Sequence record: NZ_CP071296.1
From: a plasmid
Reading direction: 5' to 3' (one strand)
Length of the DNA: 64,000 nucleotides
In this document: positions 28,454 through 38,618 of the stretch, one piece after another
How the letters are laid out: every line of letters begins with the position of its first letter
How positions within the stretch are numbered: position 1 is the first letter of the stretch
Program-made: the position numbers and the translations under genes
Notes under the pieces: model-generated
Database searches by the model: none
The model's input: only the letters and a program-made list of their open reading frames with translations
Told to the model about the DNA's origin: nothing

Positions 28454-28660
28454 TAAGTGATTGCTTTTTCAAATTGATTAGGCGTAATATACCCTAAACT
28501 CTGATGGATGCGTTTTGAATTATAAAAGGCTTCAATGTACCAGAAAATACTCTGATAGGCTTCTTCAAAGTCCTTATATTTAAATTGATACACCCATTCT
28601 CTTTTTAAATTTCCATGCCAAGATTCAAGACTGGCATTATGATAAGGATAACATCACGCG
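28454..28660 (-). pseudogene. IS3-family transposase OrfB, C-terminal remnant
   Basis: Minus strand encodes ..NASLESWHGNLKREWVYQFKYKDFEEAYQSIFWYIEAFYNSKRIHQSLGYITPNQFEKAIT*. No upstream portion. Confidence 0.6.
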
Positions 28661-28819
28661 GAAGCTATCCGCTAATATAAATATAAGGAAATATAATATT
28701 ATTGACGTAATGAAAGCGATTGTGATATAATTGATTTACCTTAAAAAAAGCGCTTTTATTTTTGGTTGATTACGCAAACGGTTGCGTAATTTTTTTCGAA
28801 TTTTTTGGAGGATATCTTA

Positions 28820-29025
28820 TGTCGGAAGTAAAAACTTCTAAATTACCAACTTTACCATTAAAAACAATCTGGATGTTGTCGTTTGGTTACCTTGGGGTTC
28901 AAATGGCTTTTTCTCTTCAAAGCTCAAATATGGGAAGAATTTTTGAAACACTTGGTGCGGACCCAACTCGTTTAGGTTTTTTCTTCATTTTACCACCTAA
29001 AGGATATTCCATCTGTACAAAATAA
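28820..29025 (+). pseudogene. Sugar transporter (MFS/GPH-like), N-terminal fragment
   Basis: MSEVKTSKLPTLPLKTIWMLSFGYLGVQMAFSLQSSNMGRIFETLGADPTRLGFFF then a premature stop; the rest of the gene is absent. Confidence 0.4.
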
Positions 29026-29176
29026 TTTATAATTAAACTTATTAATAATGAGCTCTACTATAACTGGATTAATAAATAAGTAAGTAACCCACTGAATTGA
29101 CAGTCTTTACTTCCAATTATGTCATCCTGGGAATATCAGTTTTATAAAAAATAGAAGGTGAGAACAAGATAACACT

Positions 29177-31435
29177 ATGAAACAAATCAAAAGAATTATG
29201 GGCATTGACCCTTGGAAAATTACATCAAATCAGATTGAAAAAGAAGACCGTCGTTTGCAAGAATCACTTACTTCCATTGGAAATGGCTACATGGGAATGC
29301 GCGGAAATTTTAGTGAAACTTATAGTGGCGACAGTCACCAAGGAACTTATATTGCAGGGGTTTGGTTTCCAGATAAAACACGTGTAGGTTGGTGGAAAAA
29401 TGGTTATCCTGAATATTTTGGTAAAGCAATCAATGCCCTCAATTTTGCTTCTGTCAGAGTTTTTATTGATAACAAAGAAGTTGATTTAGCCGCAAGTCAC
29501 GTGACTGATTTTAATCTGTCGCTTGATATGGAAAAAGGGATACTCACCTATACTTATGTAGCTTATGGAGTACGTGTGACTGCCGAAAGATTTTTCTCAA
29601 TTGCTCAACAAGAACTTGCGGTTTTTGCTTTCATGTTTGAAAGCTTAGATGGTGAAATTCATCAAATCCGTACAGCCTCAATCATTGATGCAAATGTTCG
29701 TAATGAAGATTCCAACTACGATGAAAAATTTTGGACAGTAAAAAACCTTGATAATACAGCTACAGGTTCATTTATTGTCACTGAAACAATTCCTAATCCA
29801 TTTGGAGTTGAACAATTTACGGTAGCAGCTAAACAAAGCTTTGCAGGCGATTTTACTCGAGTTAAGCAAGAAACAAGAGAAAGTTCTGTTTTAGATGTTT
29901 ACGAAGCAAAATTAGTGGAAAATGCACCACTCACCTTTATTAAAAATGTTTTGGTTGTCACAAGTCGTGATATTGACCCCTCGAATTTAACAAAGGTGCT
30001 ATCAAATTTGACCCTTGAAATTTCTAAGAAAACATATCATGAATTTTATAAAGAACAAGAAATTGCTTGGAAAAAACGTTGGGAAATTGCTGATGTACAA
30101 ATTGACGGTTCAGCAGAAGCTCAACAAGGGATTCGCTTTAATCTTTTCCAACTTTTCTCTACCTATTATGGCGAAGATGAACGTTTAAATATTGGCCCTA
30201 AAGGATTTACTGGAGAAAAATATGGCGGAGCAACTTATTGGGATACAGAAGCCTATGCCGTTCCATTATACTTGGCACTTTCTGATGAAAAAGTTGCTAA
30301 AAATCTTTTAAAATATCGTCATAATCAATTGCCACAAGCACAACATAATGCCCGTCAACAAGGACTTAAAGGTGCTTTGTATCCAATGGTTACTTTTACA
30401 GGTGTTGAATGTCATAATGAGTGGGAAATTACATTTGAAGAAATTCACCGTAATGGAGCAATGGCTTATGCGATTTATAACTACAGCAACTACACGGGAG
30501 ATGAAACTTATCTTGCTCATGAAGGCTTAGAAGTTTTGATTGAAATTGCTCGTTTTTGGGCAGACCGTGTGCATTATAGTAAACGAAATGATAAATACAT
30601 GATTCATGGAGTCACAGGCCCAAATGAGTATGAAAATAATATCAATAACAACTGGTACACTAATAAATTGGCAGCTTGGGTTTTGACTTATACTGCTGAA
30701 AGTTTAGCGAAATATCCACGCCCAGATTTAATTGAAGGTGCTGAAACTGCTCACTGGTCAGAAATTGTGGATAAAATGTATTATCCAGAAGATGAAGAAT
30801 TGGGTATCTTTGTTCAACATGATGGTTATTTAGATAAAGATTTGACTCCAGTGGCTCAACTTGACCCTAAAAATCTTCCATTGAACCAAAATTGGTCTTG
30901 GGATCGAGTGTTACGTAGTCCATATATTAAGCAGGCAGATGTACTTCAAGGAATATATTTCTTCGGGAATCAATTTTCATTAGCCGAAAAACAACGAAAT
31001 TTTGATTTTTATGAACCATTAACTGTTCATGAAAGCTCACTTTCTCCATCCATTCATGCGATTTTAGCGGCAGAGCTTGGCATGGAAGACAAGGCTGTTG
31101 AAATGTATGAAAGAACAGCTCGTCTTGACTTAGATAATTATAATAACGACACAGAAGATGGACTTCACATCACATCAATGACTGGCTCATGGTTGTCGAT
31201 TGTTCATGGTTTTGCCCAAATGAAAACCTGGGATGGTCAATTGAGTTTCGCCCCATTTTTACCACAAGCATGGACGGGTTATGCCTTTCACATTAACTAT
31301 CGCGGACGTTTATTAAAAATTTCTGTTGGTCAAGAAGTGAAGCTTGAATTATTAAGTGGTCAAGCCTTAAATCTTGAAATTTATGGTGAAAAAATTAAAC
31401 TTTCAAATTTTGTTTCAGTAAACTTAAAAAAATAA
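29177..31435 (+). CDS. Maltose phosphorylase (GH65)
   Basis: 752 aa with the typical GH65 N-terminus ([36 protein letters not shown]...). Followed by a beta-phosphoglucomutase gene. Confidence 0.85.
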   Translation: MKQIKRIMGIDPWKITSNQIEKEDRRLQESLTSIGNGYMGMRGNFSETYSGDSHQGTYIAGVWFPDKTRVGWWKNGYPEYFGKAINALNFASVRVFIDNKEVDLAASHVTDFNLSLDMEKGILTYTYVAYGVRVTAERFFSIAQQELAVFAFMFESLDGEIHQIRTASIIDANVRNEDSNYDEKFWTVKNLDNTATGSFIVTETIPNPFGVEQFTVAAKQSFAGDFTRVKQETRESSVLDVYEAKLVENAPLTFIKNVLVVTSRDIDPSNLTKVLSNLTLEISKKTYHEFYKEQEIAWKKRWEIADVQIDGSAEAQQGIRFNLFQLFSTYYGEDERLNIGPKGFTGEKYGGATYWDTEAYAVPLYLALSDEKVAKNLLKYRHNQLPQAQHNARQQGLKGALYPMVTFTGVECHNEWEITFEEIHRNGAMAYAIYNYSNYTGDETYLAHEGLEVLIEIARFWADRVHYSKRNDKYMIHGVTGPNEYENNINNNWYTNKLAAWVLTYTAESLAKYPRPDLIEGAETAHWSEIVDKMYYPEDEELGIFVQHDGYLDKDLTPVAQLDPKNLPLNQNWSWDRVLRSPYIKQADVLQGIYFFGNQFSLAEKQRNFDFYEPLTVHESSLSPSIHAILAAELGMEDKAVEMYERTARLDLDNYNNDTEDGLHITSMTGSWLSIVHGFAQMKTWDGQLSFAPFLPQAWTGYAFHINYRGRLLKISVGQEVKLELLSGQALNLEIYGEKIKLSNFVSVNLKK

Positions 31436-31444
31436 GGAGAAGTT

Positions 31445-32113
31445 ATGTTTAAAGCAGTTTTATTTGATCTAGATGGTGTTATCACAGATACAGCAGAGTA
31501 TCATTATCAAGCTTGGAAAGAGTTGGCAGAATACCTAGGGATTAAAGGAGTTAATCGAAAATTTAACGAACAATTAAAAGGTGTATCAAGAGAAGAATCC
31601 CTAAAGAAAATTCTATCGCTTGATGAGGGAATGAAATCATACACTGAGAAAGATTTTTTTGCTTTAGCGAATATGAAAAATGATAATTATGTCAAGATGA
31701 TTCAGAATATAAGCTCTCAAGATGTTTATCCAGGAATTTTAAAACTTTTGAAAGATTTGAAAAAAAATGATATTAAAATTGGACTAGCTTCTGCATCTAA
31801 AAATGGTCCATTTCTATTAGAAAAAATGGAATTAACTGAATATTTTGATGCTATTGCTGACCCGTCTGAAGTTGTGGCATCAAAGCCAGCACCAGATATT
31901 TTTATTGCAGCAGCACATGCTGTTGGCGTTATGCCTTATGAATCAATCGGTTTGGAGGATTCTCAAGCTGGAATTCAATCCATAAAAGATTCTGGGGCAT
32001 TACCAATTGGTGTGGGAGATAAAGAAAATTTGGGAAATGATATTGCATTAGTAGAAAGCACTGAAATGCTGACTTTTGAATATTTAAAAAAAATTTGGGA
32101 GATAAATCATTAA
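31445..32113 (+). CDS. pgmB: Beta-phosphoglucomutase (HAD superfamily)
   Basis: [10 protein letters not shown] motif, 222 aa. Its substrate is the product of maltose phosphorylase. Confidence 0.85.
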   Translation: MFKAVLFDLDGVITDTAEYHYQAWKELAEYLGIKGVNRKFNEQLKGVSREESLKKILSLDEGMKSYTEKDFFALANMKNDNYVKMIQNISSQDVYPGILKLLKDLKKNDIKIGLASASKNGPFLLEKMELTEYFDAIADPSEVVASKPAPDIFIAAAHAVGVMPYESIGLEDSQAGIQSIKDSGALPIGVGDKENLGNDIALVESTEMLTFEYLKKIWEINH

Positions 32114-32124
32114 TGTTAAGTGAA

Positions 32125-32143
32125 ACGGTTCTGTTGCAAAGTT
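32125..32143 (+). mobile_element. Solo IS6-family terminal inverted repeat (GGTTCTGTTGCAAAGTTCA) with no IS body
   Basis: A 17/19 match to the IS1216/ISS1 IR lies between pgmB and malT; no transposase is adjacent. Confidence 0.6.
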
Positions 32144-32184
32144 CAAATATGTACACAAATATTAATTTTTAAGGAGATGAGGAA

Positions 32185-34347
32185 ATGAAAAAAATATTTA
32201 GCTTTGAGTTTTGGCAAAAATTTGGAAAGGCTTTAATGGTCGTTGTGGCAGTTATGCCAGCGGCAGGTTTGATGATCAGTATCGGTAAATCGATTCCGTT
32301 GATCAATCCTGATCTTGCACCTTTAGTTACAACGGGTGGCGTGATCGAAAATATTGGTTGGGCAGTTATCGGAAATTTACATCTTTTATTTGCACTAGCA
32401 ATAGGTGGTAGTTGGGCAAAAGAACGAGCAGGGGGAGCATTCGCTGCGGGGATCTCATTTATATTGATCAATCGGATCACAGGAGCAATTTTTGGTGTGA
32501 CTAATGAGATGTTGGCAAATGAAGACGCATTTACGCATACCTTGTTTGGCACGAAAATCATGGTTAAAGGGTTCTTTACCAGTGTATTAGAAGCACCAGC
32601 ATTAAATATGGGGGTATTTGTTGGTATTATTGCAGGGTTCGTTGGGGCGATGGCCTATAATAAATATTACAATTATCGTAAATTACCTGACACATTATCG
32701 TTCTTTAATGGAAAAAGATTTGTTCCTTTTGTAGTTATTTTGTGGTCAACGATTGTTGCATTGATTCTTGCTATTGTATGGCCGAATGTCCAAGCAGGGA
32801 TCAATAACTTTGGATTGTGGATTGCACAGTCAAAAGAAAGCGCTCCGATTTTAGCACCATTCCTATATGGTACATTGGAACGTCTATTGTTACCATTTGG
32901 CTTACATCACATGTTGACGATCCCAATCAATTATACGCAGCTGGGTGGTACCTATGAGATATTATCTGGTGCGCAAGCGGGAACAAAAGTATTTGGACAA
33001 GATCCTTTATGGTTGGCGTGGGCGACTGATTTGGTCAACTTGAAAGGCGCCGGCAACATGTCGCAATATGAATTCGTATTGACGAACTGGACACCTGCTC
33101 GTTTTAAAGTGGGACAAATGATTGGTTCTTCCGGTATCTTGATGGGATTAGCACTAGCGATGTACCGTAATGTTGATCCAGACAAAAAGTCTAAATATAA
33201 ATCAATGTATTTTTCAGCAGCACTTGCAGTTTTCTTAACAGGTGTAACCGAACCATTAGAGTTCATGTTCATGTTTGCAGCTGTACCTCTTTACATTGTT
33301 TATTCTGTGATCCAAGGGGCAGCTTTTGCAATGGCAGATATTCTACCTTTACGTGTCCATTCATTTGGGAACATTGAACTATTGACACGTACACCATTAG
33401 CGATCAAAGCAGGATTAGGTATCGACTTGCTCAATTTTGTTATCTGTGTCATATTATTTGGAGTATTGACGTATTTTGTGGCAAACTTTTTGATCAAAAA
33501 ATTCAATTATGCTACACCAGGACGTAATGGGAACTATAATAACGACAGTGAAGAAACGCCGTCAGGTTCTGCAACTAATGCAGATCAACAAATCATTAAG
33601 ATCATCCATTTGTTAGGTGGAAAAGAAAACATCAAGGATGTAGATGCTTGTATGACTCGTTTACGTGTCAGCGTCGAGGATCCTGGGAAAGTCGGTTCAG
33701 AAGAAGAATGGAAACGTGCTGGAGCGATGGGCTTGATCGTTAAGGACAAAGGTGTGCAAGCCGTGTATGGACCAAAAGCGGATGTGTTGAAATCGGATAT
33801 TGAAGATTTACTACAATCAGGCGCTGATATTCCAGAGCCAACAGTTGAGGCAACAAATAAAAATGAGAAGAATGAAGAGAAACATATTTTAGGTATCGAA
33901 AAAGAATTATTCACTGTAGCAACTGGTGAGGTAATTGCTTTAACAGATGTGAATGATCCAGTCTTTTCACAAAAGATGATGGGTGATGGCTTTGCTGTCA
34001 TTCCTGCCACTGGAGAAGTGACGGCACCACTTTCTGGTAAAATCGTGAGTGTCTTCCCAACCAAGCATGCAATTGGCATGCAAACAGCAGAAGGAGCAGA
34101 AGTTTTGATCCATATGGGACTGGATACTGTTCAGATGAGCCAGCCAGCGTTTGAGATCTTAGTTTCTGAAGGCCAAGAAGTAGTAGCAGGAACAACGATT
34201 GCTCAGATGAATCTAGATGCAATCAAGAACGAAGGGAAAGAAACGACGATCATAGTAGTCTTTACAGATGACAAAGTCAATGGGCTGACCATCAATAAAT
34301 TAGGAGACACTGAACGAGGAACAGTGATCGGGAAAATAAACTTGTAA
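32185..34347 (+). CDS. malT: PTS maltose/glucoside transporter EIICBA (MalT-like), 720 aa
   Basis: EIIC membrane domain, EIIB (..DACMTRLRV..) and a C-terminal EIIA-Glc domain. Confidence 0.8.
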   Translation: MKKIFSFEFWQKFGKALMVVVAVMPAAGLMISIGKSIPLINPDLAPLVTTGGVIENIGWAVIGNLHLLFALAIGGSWAKERAGGAFAAGISFILINRITGAIFGVTNEMLANEDAFTHTLFGTKIMVKGFFTSVLEAPALNMGVFVGIIAGFVGAMAYNKYYNYRKLPDTLSFFNGKRFVPFVVILWSTIVALILAIVWPNVQAGINNFGLWIAQSKESAPILAPFLYGTLERLLLPFGLHHMLTIPINYTQLGGTYEILSGAQAGTKVFGQDPLWLAWATDLVNLKGAGNMSQYEFVLTNWTPARFKVGQMIGSSGILMGLALAMYRNVDPDKKSKYKSMYFSAALAVFLTGVTEPLEFMFMFAAVPLYIVYSVIQGAAFAMADILPLRVHSFGNIELLTRTPLAIKAGLGIDLLNFVICVILFGVLTYFVANFLIKKFNYATPGRNGNYNNDSEETPSGSATNADQQIIKIIHLLGGKENIKDVDACMTRLRVSVEDPGKVGSEEEWKRAGAMGLIVKDKGVQAVYGPKADVLKSDIEDLLQSGADIPEPTVEATNKNEKNEEKHILGIEKELFTVATGEVIALTDVNDPVFSQKMMGDGFAVIPATGEVTAPLSGKIVSVFPTKHAIGMQTAEGAEVLIHMGLDTVQMSQPAFEILVSEGQEVVAGTTIAQMNLDAIKNEGKETTIIVVFTDDKVNGLTINKLGDTERGTVIGKINL

Positions 34348-34559
34348 AGAATCACAGAAGTTCATGTGTGTATTTCATATCGAAAGAATGTGTTCGATGT
34401 GTGTAACTCCTAGAAGTAAGCCGATAATCCCGAAATTGCTTTTCCTATTTCAGGGATTATTGGCTTATTTTTTGAATAAACTACTTTGGGGTCTTTACCT
34501 ATATGGATCCAGAAGGTGGGAGCAATGTTTCGACCCATCCCATTAAGAAGGAGAATTAT

Positions 34560-35384
34560 ATGAAAATAATGACGTTGAATACGCATAGCTGGTTAGAAGA
34601 GGAACCACAAGAAAAATTAAAACAGATCGCTCAAAAAATCTATCATGAACAATATGATGTGATCGCATTGCAAGAAGTCAATCAAACGATGAACGCAAAA
34701 CGACTAACCAGTGAGCAGCTGAAGAATTTTAGTCAGGTGCAGGAACAAACGCCTGTCCGCTCGGATAACTTTGCCTATTGCTTGATCCAGCTCTTAGCAG
34801 AACAAGGTGAAACTTACTATTGGAGTTGGGAAATGAGTCATATCGGCTATGCTATCTATGAGGAAGGCAATGCGCTTCTTTCCAAACAACCACTAACTAG
34901 TCAAACGCACCTAGTCTCCGAAACAAAAGAAAAAGAGGATTACCATACTCGAAAAATATTAGTAGGTCAAACCTCTGTCAAAACACAATGTATTACTGTA
35001 GCAAGCTGTCATTTTTCTTGGTGGGCAGATGAAAAAAGCGGATTTGCATTTGAGTGGAAAGAATTAGAAGCAAGTTTAGCGCCTCTTACAACACCACTGT
35101 ATCTATTAGGGGATTTCAACAATCCTGCTGAAGGCAGCGGGTACGATTTAGTGGCAAAAAGTCAGTTGCCTATTCGTGATGCTTATCCAATCGCGCAAAA
35201 AAAACAAGCTGAAGCAACGATCGAAAAGAGAATCGATGGCTGGGAAAACAATAAAGAGGGGCTACGTATCGACTATATTTATGTACCACAAGATTGCTTT
35301 GTTACAAGTTATCAACGTATTTTTGACGGGGAAAATGGCCCGATTGTCAGTGATCATTATGGGGTAGCAGTCACGTTGGAGTGA
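34560..35384 (+). CDS. mapP: Maltose-6'-phosphate phosphatase MapP-like (endonuclease/exonuclease/phosphatase family)
   Basis: EEP-family protein immediately downstream of PTS malT, as in Enterococcus faecalis. Start at MKIMTLNTHSW with an AAGAAGGAG RBS. Confidence 0.65.
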   Translation: MKIMTLNTHSWLEEEPQEKLKQIAQKIYHEQYDVIALQEVNQTMNAKRLTSEQLKNFSQVQEQTPVRSDNFAYCLIQLLAEQGETYYWSWEMSHIGYAIYEEGNALLSKQPLTSQTHLVSETKEKEDYHTRKILVGQTSVKTQCITVASCHFSWWADEKSGFAFEWKELEASLAPLTTPLYLLGDFNNPAEGSGYDLVAKSQLPIRDAYPIAQKKQAEATIEKRIDGWENNKEGLRIDYIYVPQDCFVTSYQRIFDGENGPIVSDHYGVAVTLE

Positions 35385-35469
35385 AGAGAAACGAAAGTGT
35401 CAGGTTACCATTCGAGCGGATGGCAAGTTTCAAGATTTCATGAAGTGAAATCGCAGAAAGGGAAAAAAT

Positions 35470-36474
35470 ATGAGTGTAAGAGTCGAAAAAGTTAGCATGG
35501 GTGAGGGAAAAACAACCCAGTTGGTCAGATTGGAGAATGCCAGTCTGACAGTTGAATTAGTCGCCTATGGGGCACATTTGTATCGTGTCTTGGCTAAAGA
35601 TAGGCAGGGTATTGCTGAAAATGTCGTTCTAAATGTGACACCAATATCCGCATTAGCCACTGATTTACAGTATTTTGGGGCCACTGTAGGACCAGTCGCG
35701 GGCCGGATTAAACAAGCACAAATTGGTGACCTAAGCTTAGAAGTTAACGACAATACAAATTCGCTTCATAGTGGCTCTCAAGGCTGGTCATTCCAAGAGT
35801 GGGATTTAGATTGGCAAGAAAGCGATGACGAGATCACTGTTACTTTCAGTTATATCGATCACAAATCTGGTTTCCCTGGTCCGATTGCTGCCCAGGTTAT
35901 TTATCACCTAATCGACAATCAGCTCAGCATTACCTTCACAGGAGAGTCGCCAGTTGCTACCTTCTTTAATCCAACCAATCATGGCTACTTTAACCTTAGT
36001 GGTGAGTTGAAAACAGATATTCGACAACAAATCCTTGAAATTTCAGCTGATCACATTCTGGACACAGATGCCGAGTTAATTCCGACAGGACTATTTTTAC
36101 CAGTAGCAGAGACGCCCTACGACTTCACGACAGCTAAACCAGTAGAAAATGCGCTAAATGCGCTTCCGAGTGGCTTAGATACAGCTTTTGTTTTCGATGA
36201 CCATGTGGGTGACCACCATGTTACCCTGTACGATAAAGCAAGTGGTAGACGACTAGACGTGACGAGCGAGGCTAGGAGTGTGATCATTTATAGCGTCAGT
36301 GCATGGGATCGGGATACTCAAGTGAATGATCATCCGATGGCAAAAGAACTGGGGTTAGCTATTGAATTTCAGGAGTTGCCGGATTTACCGCATCATCCAG
36401 AATGGGGCAGCATCGCACTTCTACCAGATGAGAAAGTGTCAAAGACAATTCACTATAGATTTGGAGTCAGCTAA
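35470..36474 (+). CDS. Aldose 1-epimerase (galactose mutarotase-like; MalM-type)
   Basis: 334-aa mutarotase-fold protein (..LYRVLAKDRQGIAENVVLN..). Confidence 0.75.
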   Translation: MSVRVEKVSMGEGKTTQLVRLENASLTVELVAYGAHLYRVLAKDRQGIAENVVLNVTPISALATDLQYFGATVGPVAGRIKQAQIGDLSLEVNDNTNSLHSGSQGWSFQEWDLDWQESDDEITVTFSYIDHKSGFPGPIAAQVIYHLIDNQLSITFTGESPVATFFNPTNHGYFNLSGELKTDIRQQILEISADHILDTDAELIPTGLFLPVAETPYDFTTAKPVENALNALPSGLDTAFVFDDHVGDHHVTLYDKASGRRLDVTSEARSVIIYSVSAWDRDTQVNDHPMAKELGLAIEFQELPDLPHHPEWGSIALLPDEKVSKTIHYRFGVS

Positions 36475-36475
36475 A

Positions 36476-37100
36476 ATGGTCAAAACAATCATCAGTATAA
36501 CAGGAGATTATTATCATGAAGGAAAGGACACCGATCAATGTCTTCAGCGTGTCTTAAGTTTGCTAGATGAGCCTGTTATCTATGAAATATCCCTTTAGAT
36601 GCTTTAAGTGAGGCACTTTCTAAAAATCCAGACCTCATTATCCTATCGGCTGAAAACCAACGGACGCCCCAACAAACAGAGCTAAATGGCTGGTTAACGC
36701 CGGAAATGAGTGCTTTGATCACGACTTATGTCGCTCATGGTGGCAGTTGGCTTGCGCTGCACTCGGGGATGTCCAACTATCCGATCGATTCAGGCTACAG
36801 CCAAATGTTAAAGGGCTATTTCATCCAGCATCCGGAGCCATTGCCGGTCACTTATAAGTGTGATTTGACTGATTCGCCGAGTCAATTTGTGATTCAGGAT
36901 GAGCATTATCAAGTGGGTCTCGTAGATGACTATACGCATATTTTCCTGCGAAGTTTTTCGGATGCGGGGGAATCGGTTGCGGGTTGACGTCATTTTTATG
37001 GCAGTGGGAAGGTGGCAGGTTATGTGCCCGCCCATGACATCGAGGGGATGCTCGATCAGCAAAATCTAGCGCTGTTGAAGACAGTTGTCGATTGGCTATT
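36476..37100 (+). pseudogene. Hypothetical gene disrupted by at least two frameshifts/stops
   Basis: Three consecutive ORF segments in different frames (36476-36598, 36600-36987, 36990-37100) read as one protein (MVKTIISITGDYYHEGKDT...). Confidence 0.4.
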
Positions 37101-37285
37101 GACGCATCAATCTAGTGTTAGATGGAAACAATATTTAAAAATGTAGCTGGTTATTGATGGGCTAATAGATTTTTTATAAGATAAGGAATAGGTTCGGTTT
37201 GCTGAACCTATTTTTATGTCGTTAGAAAGAGATGATTGTTTTTTGATAAAAAACGCTTTTTTTGAGGAAAATTCGTAAGAAATAA

Positions 37286-38093
37286 GGTTCTGTTGCAAAG
37301 TTTTCTGATAAGTCTATTTTAGTGTAAAATGAATAAAAATGACAGCGAGGATATATCAATGAACTATTTTAAAGGTAAACAATTTCAAAAAGATGTGATT
37401 ATTGTCGCTGTTGGTTATTATCTACGTTACAATCTAAGCTATCGTGAAATTCAAGAACTCCTTTATGATCGTGGGATTAACGTTTGTCACACAACTATTT
37501 ATCGTTGGGTACAAGAATACAGTAAAGTCCTCTATCATCTCTGGAAAAAGAAAAATAGACAGTCCTTCTATTCGTGGAAAATGGATGAAACGTACATCAA
37601 AATTAAAGGAAAATGGCATTATTTGTATCGAGCCATCGATGCAGATGGTTTAACCTTGGATATTTGGTTACGTAAAAAACGGGACACACAAGCAGCCTAT
37701 GCTTTTCTTAAGCGGTTAGTGAAACAGTTTGATGAACCGAAGGTTGTAGTCACAGATAAAGCCCCCTCTATTACAAGTGCCTTTAAGAAACTAAAAGAAT
37801 ACGGCTTTTATCAAGGGACAGAACATCGTACCATTAAATACCTGAATAATTTGATTGAACAAGACCATCGTCCAGTAAAGAGACGCAATAAATTCTATCG
37901 AAGTTTACGCACTGCCTCACCCACGATTAAAGGCATGGAAGCCATTCGAGGATTATATAAGAAAACCCGAAAAGAAGGCACTCTCTTCGGGTTTTCGGTC
38001 TATACTGAAATCAAGGTATTATTGGGAATCCCAGCTTAAATCATAGATACCGTAAGGGATTTTATTCTTTATTTAAAACTTTGCAACAGAACC
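37286..38093 (+). mobile_element. Hybrid IS6-family element: ISS1-type left third fused to an IS1216-type right two-thirds (808 bp)
   Basis: Positions 37286-37589 match copy 4 (ISS1), including the MNKNDSEDIS extension. From ~37590 the sequence matches IS1216 copy 1. No TSD. Confidence 0.85.
37329..38039 (+). CDS. Chimeric IS6-family transposase (236 aa)
   Basis: N-terminal ~97 aa are identical to the ISS1-type copy; the remainder is identical to the IS1216 type. Confidence 0.9.
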   Translation: MNKNDSEDISMNYFKGKQFQKDVIIVAVGYYLRYNLSYREIQELLYDRGINVCHTTIYRWVQEYSKVLYHLWKKKNRQSFYSWKMDETYIKIKGKWHYLYRAIDADGLTLDIWLRKKRDTQAAYAFLKRLVKQFDEPKVVVTDKAPSITSAFKKLKEYGFYQGTEHRTIKYLNNLIEQDHRPVKRRNKFYRSLRTASPTIKGMEAIRGLYKKTRKEGTLFGFSVYTEIKVLLGIPA

Positions 38094-38363
38094 TTTGATT
38101 CCCATAGCGAAGTTCGTTTTTGTTCCTTAGGAAAAACTTGACTGATATACTAGTTTTGAAATGACGAGTAACTCTGTACTTCATCAATAATCAAGTATTG
38201 AATTTTAATTGTATACTTTTTATGCTTGAGGGATGTCTACTGTAATACAGCTACTGCAAAAAAAATCAGTACACTTATTTTCTTATAAAGGATATCAAGA
38301 ACTAAGCTCAATGGTATGCATAGAAAAGAAAAAGCCGATAAAATGAGATTTTGATATCTCGAA

Positions 38364-38552
38364 TTATCGGCTCTGCGTCTTTGCGTCTGGCTCTGTAATT
38401 ACAGTTATTCTAAACTTCGTTATTTCAATTAAAATTTCTTGTCTGCATTTAGGACAAAATAGAGGGAAATTTTTTAATTCAGTATCTTCCCTCATTTTTA
38501 AACGGGTCTTATTGCCACATATAGGGCACAGTATCCACCTAGTATTTACAAT
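38364..38552 (-). CDS. Cysteine-rich KTR-domain protein (Tn916-family small protein found downstream of tet genes); non-ATG start
   Basis: ..ILCPICGNKTRLKMREDTELKNFPLFCPKCRQEILIEITKFRITVITEPDAKTQSR*. AGGAGG RBS 8 nt upstream of an ATT codon; there is no in-frame ATG. Confidence 0.5.
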   Translation of the reverse strand: MVNTRWILCPICGNKTRLKMREDTELKNFPLFCPKCRQEILIEITKFRITVITEPDAKTQSR

Positions 38553-38618
38553 ATCTATATCCTCCTGTTCTAATTAACAACTCAATATTCATTTTAAAAA
38601 TTTCTCTTTAGTTCACTA

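Noticed and set aside
32952-34222. Several minus-strand ORFs (32952..33272, 33300..33506, 33585..34079, 33998..34222)
   Set aside because: All are antisense within the 720-aa PTS malT gene, which has clear domain structure. They are shadow ORFs.
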